The notes under the pieces: generated by a model | Database searches by the model: none | What the model was told of the DNA's origin: nothing | What the model saw: only the letters and a program-made list of their open reading frames with translations | Translations under genes and position numbers: made by a program | Origin: an uncultured Chthonomonadaceae bacterium | GTDB taxonomy: Bacteria > Armatimonadota > Chthonomonadetes > Chthonomonadales > Chthonomonadaceae | DNA length: 43,190 nucleotides | NCBI GenBank assembly: GCA_963835065.1 | Contig: CAWIEK010000032.1 | Coordinates: 1 to 43,190 of the forward strand | Reading direction: 5' to 3' | In this document: one piece after another, positions 38,477 to 43,190 of the stretch | Layout: each line of letters starts with the position of its first letter | Numbering within the stretch: position 1 is the first letter of the stretch

Positions 38477-40186
38477 ATGTCTACTATTAGAACTGTAAAC
38501 TTGTTGTGGGAAAAACGCATACGCCAGACGTACCCGGTTTCGCGCTACGCCCTGCGCGATGATGGGGGCGTGATGCTGGCCGTGCCGCGCCCGCTGGAAG
38601 CCCGCGCGTATGATCGCGCTTTATTGCTGCCGGATGGCGCAACCGAAACACAGAGCGGGTTTTCGGTGGAAACGCTGCTCAAGCTGGAACTGACGCCCAA
38701 CGCCGACAACGGGCTGGGCATGACCAGCGATGACATTTATCTGTTTCGGGAAAGCGGCAAAGAGCGGTTCATGGGCGAGCGGCATCAATTGTACGTGGAT
38801 GCCGTGCTGGATGAAACCGGGCGGAACTTGTTTGCCGCGTATTCCGATATGTCGGGCACGAACTTTGCCCTGGCGTATGGCAACATCAAGGGAACCGTCG
38901 GTTGGACGGCGGAAATCGAGGGCGTACTGACCACGCTTGCCATTTCGCGGCAAGGCAACCGGGTGGCGGCGGGCGTGGAGCATGGCGTAATTTTGCTCAA
39001 AGATGCCAGTCGGCGCGACGTGTGGGAGTTCGGGGTTGGGGAGCCGATCAGCGCGCTGGCGTGTTCGCGCGATGGCGTATGGATCGCGTATGGCACGAGC
39101 GAAGGCAGCATCGGCCTCGTGGATGGCGACGGCGTACGCAAATGGGACGCGACCCTGCCCGGCGCGATTTCCGGCCTTGCGCTGTCGGGAGATGGAACCA
39201 TTTGCGCCGTGTTGTGCCGCCCGCGCCTGGAGCCGAACAACGTTCTGCTGGCCTGCATCGGCGCGACGGGGCAGATAGACTGGCAGTACGCTTCGGAGCA
39301 AATGCTGCTCGGCCTGTCGCTTTCGGATAACGGACAATTTTTGGCGACGGGAACGCGCAACGGCACGACAGCCGTGTACAAAGTGGTGGTTGGCGAGGGC
39401 GCGGCGGCGGGGATATTGCAAACGGGCGGGCGCTCTCTGGCGCAGGCACAGGCCATGGCGCAGGCAGGCGATTTGCATGGCGCGGCCCGCGTCCTCCAAA
39501 TCGCGCTGGAAGCCGATCCCGCGAACGTAGAAGTGTACGAGGCGTGGACAGCGCAGCGCGAAGCGTGGATGACAAACGCCCTTCAGACGGCGCAAGCGCA
39601 GGCGGAGCAGGGCGATGCTATAGGCGCAATCATGGCATTGGAAACCTTGCTGCGCGACGACCCCTTGCGTTCCGATGTAATTGCCGCGCTTGCCGACGCC
39701 ACAAAACAGCGCGTACGCCAATTGCAAGAGCAGGCGCACGCGCTGATTGGGCAGGAGCAGGAAGATGCAGCCGAGGCCGCGCTTTTAGACGCCCTCAAAG
39801 TGTCGCCATTCGATTCGCGCGATATTCGTTCGCAATTGGGAACCCTGCGGACCCGGCGCAGTGGCGCGGCGGATGCGCTGGCGGATGCGTTGCTGGCGGA
39901 AGGCAAATTGGAAGAAGGCGTGGCCGCCCTGGAACGCGCGCAGGCGGTGAACCCGACCCCGGAACGCGCCGAAAAACTGCTGCGCGCGCAGACCGCGATG
40001 GAGTTCGGAGCGGGCATGGCCGCGTACAACGCCAAAGAGTACCGCGAAGCCGTGTTCCAGTTCAAGAAAGTCCTCGCCCGCGACCCGCAGCACGCCGAAG
40101 CCCGCCGGTATCTGGGCTTCGCGCAGCGTTTCGCGCAGGACACCTCCAACGAAACCCTCAACGACCGCTTCAGCCGCCTGGAATAG
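38477..40186 (+). CDS. WD40/beta-propeller + TPR protein
   Basis: Repeats LAISRQGNRVAAG, LACSRDGVWIAYG, LALSGDG, LSLSDNGQFLATG; C-terminal TPR helices (EAVFQFKKVLARDPQHAEARRYL). Confidence 0.8.
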   Translation: MSTIRTVNLLWEKRIRQTYPVSRYALRDDGGVMLAVPRPLEARAYDRALLLPDGATETQSGFSVETLLKLELTPNADNGLGMTSDDIYLFRESGKERFMGERHQLYVDAVLDETGRNLFAAYSDMSGTNFALAYGNIKGTVGWTAEIEGVLTTLAISRQGNRVAAGVEHGVILLKDASRRDVWEFGVGEPISALACSRDGVWIAYGTSEGSIGLVDGDGVRKWDATLPGAISGLALSGDGTICAVLCRPRLEPNNVLLACIGATGQIDWQYASEQMLLGLSLSDNGQFLATGTRNGTTAVYKVVVGEGAAAGILQTGGRSLAQAQAMAQAGDLHGAARVLQIALEADPANVEVYEAWTAQREAWMTNALQTAQAQAEQGDAIGAIMALETLLRDDPLRSDVIAALADATKQRVRQLQEQAHALIGQEQEDAAEAALLDALKVSPFDSRDIRSQLGTLRTRRSGAADALADALLAEGKLEEGVAALERAQAVNPTPERAEKLLRAQTAMEFGAGMAAYNAKEYREAVFQFKKVLARDPQHAEARRYLGFAQRFAQDTSNETLNDRFSRLE

Positions 40187-40223
40187 CGCGCTCATGACAG
40201 TAATCAAAAGGATGGAAAACGGT

Positions 40224-41748
40224 ATGAGCAACCCTTTGTTTGCCCGAAAACCACTGGAAATGCTGCTGAAGGAAGTGGAAGGCGAAAAAGGCAAGGTTCA
40301 ATTGAACCGCGTCCTCAGTCCTGTCGCTTTGACCGGCCTGGGCGTGGGCGCGATTATCGGGACAGGCATCTTTGTGCTGACGGGCGTGGCCGCGCATGAC
40401 AAAACAGGGCCGGCTCTGATCCTCTCCTTCATTGCCGCCGGCCTGGCCTGCATCTTTGCCGCGCTTTGTTACTCCGAATTTGCCGCGATGGTTCCTGTCG
40501 CAGGGTCGGCGTATACCTATGCGTATGCCACGCTGGGAGAGATGATGGCCTGGATCATCGGCTGGGACCTTGTCCTCGAATACGCGGTTTCCGCGGCGGC
40601 GGTGGCGCATGGCTGGTCCAAATACTTTCAGGCGTTTATCGGCATTTTTCACGTACACCTGCCGCATCTGGTGGCGACGGCTCCTTTCGACTATGATCCC
40701 ACGCAGGGTCGGATGCAGCCGACGGGCGCGTTTTTCGATCTGCCGGCGATCTTTATTACGGCTCTGCTCACGCTCGTACTTAGTCAAGGGCGTCAAGGAG
40801 AGCGTCAAGTTCAATTCCATCATGGTGTTTGTCAAGTTAGCCATTGTCGCTTTCGTCATTGTCGTAGGCGCTTTTTATGTTCACCCGGCGAACTGGCATC
40901 CTTTTGCGCCTTATGGCTACTCCGGCGTAAGTTTTTTCGGCAAAACGCTGTTCGGGCAGACGGGCAAAGGCGGGGAGCCGCTGGGTATGCTGGCCGGGGC
41001 CGGTATTATCTTCTTCGCGTACATCGGCTTCGACTCCATTTCCACACACGCCGAAGAAGCCAAAAACCCACAGCGCGATGTTCCTATCGCCATCCTTGTT
41101 TCGCTGGTTTTGTGTACCATACTCTACATTCTGGTTTCTGCCGTCTTGACCGGAATGATTCCCTACAATAAAATCAATGTGGACGCGCCTGTCTCGGATG
41201 CTTTCCGGCAGGTGGGCTTGCCCTGGGCAGAACTGCTTATTTCCGTGGGCGCGGTTGCGGGAATCACGTCCGTACTGCTGGTAACGATGCTCAGTCAGCC
41301 GCGCATTTTGCTGGCGATGGGGCGTGACGGCCTGCTGCCCAAAAGTTTCTTTGGCGCCGTACATCCGCGCTTTCATACGCCCTGGAAATCAACCATTCTG
41401 ACGGGCGTTTTCGTCGCGTTGCTGTCGGCTTTTCTGCCCCTGCGCGTGTTGGCCGACCTGGTAAGCATCGGGACGCTGCTGGCGTTCGTGATTGTATGCG
41501 CCGCCGTGCTGATTATGCGCCACACGCACCCGGAAACCAAGCGTCCCTTTCGCGCGCCCCTCGTGCCCCTTGTGCCGATTTTGGGCATGGCGACGTGCCT
41601 GCTGCTGATGTTTTCGCTGCCGGTAGAAAACTGGGTACGCTTGTTTGTATGGCTGGCCGTTGGCATGATGATTTACTTCGGGTATGGCAGGCATCACAGC
41701 ATTATGTCGCGCGATAGCGTGTTGGCGGAAGAAAGCGAAGGAGACTAA
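40224..41748 (+). CDS. APC family amino acid permease; frameshift near 40780
   Basis: GVGAIIGTGIFVLTG, CYSEFAAMVPVAGSAYTY, IIGWDLVLEY, FFAYIGFDSIST..EEAKNPQRD, RDGLLP, SIGTLLAF. Confidence 0.93.
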
Positions 41749-42258
41749 ATGGAGCCGAAGACCGAGCTGGAACTGTGCCGAATGCTGCTGATCATGCACC
41801 TGCGCGGATTTGTTTATGAACTGCGCCAACTGCCCGCCGATAAGTGGGATTGGACGCCCGATCAGGCCGCGCCGACGGCGCGTACCGTTGCGGTTCATGC
41901 GTGGCAATGGCTGATTTGCGACCGGCAGCACATCGAGGAACCGGATGCGGCCAAACACGCCGATGTGCCGGACGCGCCCCACGACCCGGAAGCCTTTTGC
42001 GCGGCCTTTGAAGCGGAAACGGAAAATTGGAACCAATTGCTGCGCGCGCTGACGCCCGAACAGCTTGACTGGAGCGGGCGGCAATTTAATATTGCGGAAG
42101 CCCCCATGAACACGCGCGGCTTCATCGGCCATGTCATTCAAAACACGATTTACAAACATGGGCAGTTCAGCACGCTGTTTTTCGCGCTCGGACTGGACGG
42201 CACGGAGCCGTATGACGCGCCCTTTCCCAACCCCATTTATGCGGAGCATTGCCGTTAA
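41749..42258 (+). CDS. DinB family protein
   Basis: LPADKWDWTP..TARTVAVH, HVIQNTIYKHGQFSTL four-helix DinB pattern. Confidence 0.75.
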   Translation: MEPKTELELCRMLLIMHLRGFVYELRQLPADKWDWTPDQAAPTARTVAVHAWQWLICDRQHIEEPDAAKHADVPDAPHDPEAFCAAFEAETENWNQLLRALTPEQLDWSGRQFNIAEAPMNTRGFIGHVIQNTIYKHGQFSTLFFALGLDGTEPYDAPFPNPIYAEHCR

Positions 42259-42287
42259 TTCAAAGCAGATTGTCAAGTTGGGAGGAA

Positions 42288-42884
42288 ATGATGCAGACAT
42301 GGACGCGGAGGGGTTTGTCGGCTGTCGGCTTGTTGGGAGTCGTAAGCCTGAGTTTCTTGGGCGGATGTGGCGGCGGAACCGGGGCGATTGTCACTCACAG
42401 GGTTGTCCTGGCCCCAACGGAAACTTATAAGGGCAGCGACGCCGACCCTAACTTGCACGGGTTTCTTGTCAGCTATCCCATCAATATTGGCTATGCAATT
42501 AACGTCAGCGTGAATGGCGTACCGCTCAATCGTGCAGACTACGGCGTGGATATGTACGCTCACTCTCTGCTGCGGCTGCGGCAGGCGGTTGCCCCGGACG
42601 CGACGGTAACTGTTCAATACACGTCGGACGAAATGAACAAGGAGCAATTCGCGGTTACGCAGGCATCGCAAACCACGTTCCACCTGTCCGATTCGGCGTT
42701 GAGTTTGTCGCTGCAAGTGGAAACCATCGGGGCGGACGGAACCAAAATGCTTACTCGCTTATCCGACAGCGAAGTGGGATTCCCGGACAATTCAACGCGG
42801 GCTGTGCATATAACCCATGCGCTGCCGGTCCCTTCCACGCTGTTTGTGTACTATGTGCCCGGCGTACAAACCGGCGAATACTGA
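42288..42884 (+). CDS. Hypothetical lipoprotein (possible twin-arginine signal)
   Basis: GGAGG RBS, TRRGL, lipobox LGGC, beta-rich duplicated domain (VTVQY / LFVYY). Confidence 0.7.
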   Translation: MMQTWTRRGLSAVGLLGVVSLSFLGGCGGGTGAIVTHRVVLAPTETYKGSDADPNLHGFLVSYPINIGYAINVSVNGVPLNRADYGVDMYAHSLLRLRQAVAPDATVTVQYTSDEMNKEQFAVTQASQTTFHLSDSALSLSLQVETIGADGTKMLTRLSDSEVGFPDNSTRAVHITHALPVPSTLFVYYVPGVQTGEY

Positions 42885-42991
42885 GTGTTGAGCCGACAGG
42901 ACGCAGGCTTGCGCGCCTGCGTTTCTGCGGATAGAATGTGGAAGCGCGCAGAAGTTGTTAAGGCAGTTCAGGTTCACTCGTAAATCTGAAC

Positions 42992-43021
42992 TTGACTTTG
43001 CGCAACCCGGCAGGGTATACT
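42992..43021 (+). promoter_or_regulatory. Sigma70-type promoter for tRNA
   Basis: TTGACT-N18-TATACT about 100 nt upstream of the tRNA. Confidence 0.55.
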
Positions 43022-43119
43022 TTTATAGTCGGCCTGCAACAAACAACGTCCATTTGCTGTCAGGAAAAGCAGAGGCCACACCAACACACTTCACCATCCG
43101 CAAAAGTGTTGGCACATAC

Positions 43120-43190
<71 letters not shown>

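Overview
GC-rich bacterial chromosomal segment, by inference from Armatimonadota (DUF1559/H-X9-DG prepilin-like protein, PEP-CTERM protein, cyclase-STAND-TPR protein, Gly-rich PilMNOP-secretin operon). Many genes in about 1-19 kb and 38-41 kb carry single-base frameshifts that look like uncorrected long-read indel errors. Content in order: VIT-vWA protein; a lower-GC accessory patch (DUF3883 nuclease, orphan antitoxins, DIP1984-family gene followed by a structured noncoding region); adenylate cyclase-NB-ARC-TPR protein; sigma54-preceded PEP-CTERM gene; MATE-like membrane protein; tricorn protease; DUF1559 plus lipoprotein; FAD oxidoreductase; nucleotidyltransferase; ABC transporter, Eis-like GNAT and DUF1854; type IV pilus pilMNOP-STN-secretin operon; SPL-family radical SAM C-half; fused E1 alpha/beta dehydrogenase; AAA ATPase plus DUF4276; WD40-TPR protein; APC permease; DinB; lipoprotein; tRNA-Lys(CTT). 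Two candidates stand out. (1) A stand-alone gene made of a 39-aa intein C-fragment fused to the C-terminal part of a spore-photoproduct-lyase-family radical SAM enzyme, cut at the third Cys of the CxxxCxxC motif with no N-half nearby, i.e. a probable naturally split intein. (2) An approximately 230-nt highly structured, terminator-bounded noncoding region with a tRNA-like domain directly downstream of the DIP1984-family gene, a probable protein-ncRNA module. The window also has several families of palindromic or MITE-like repeats and heptamer repeats, two of them translated in frame inside genes. All family assignments are from motif recognition by eye, not database searches.
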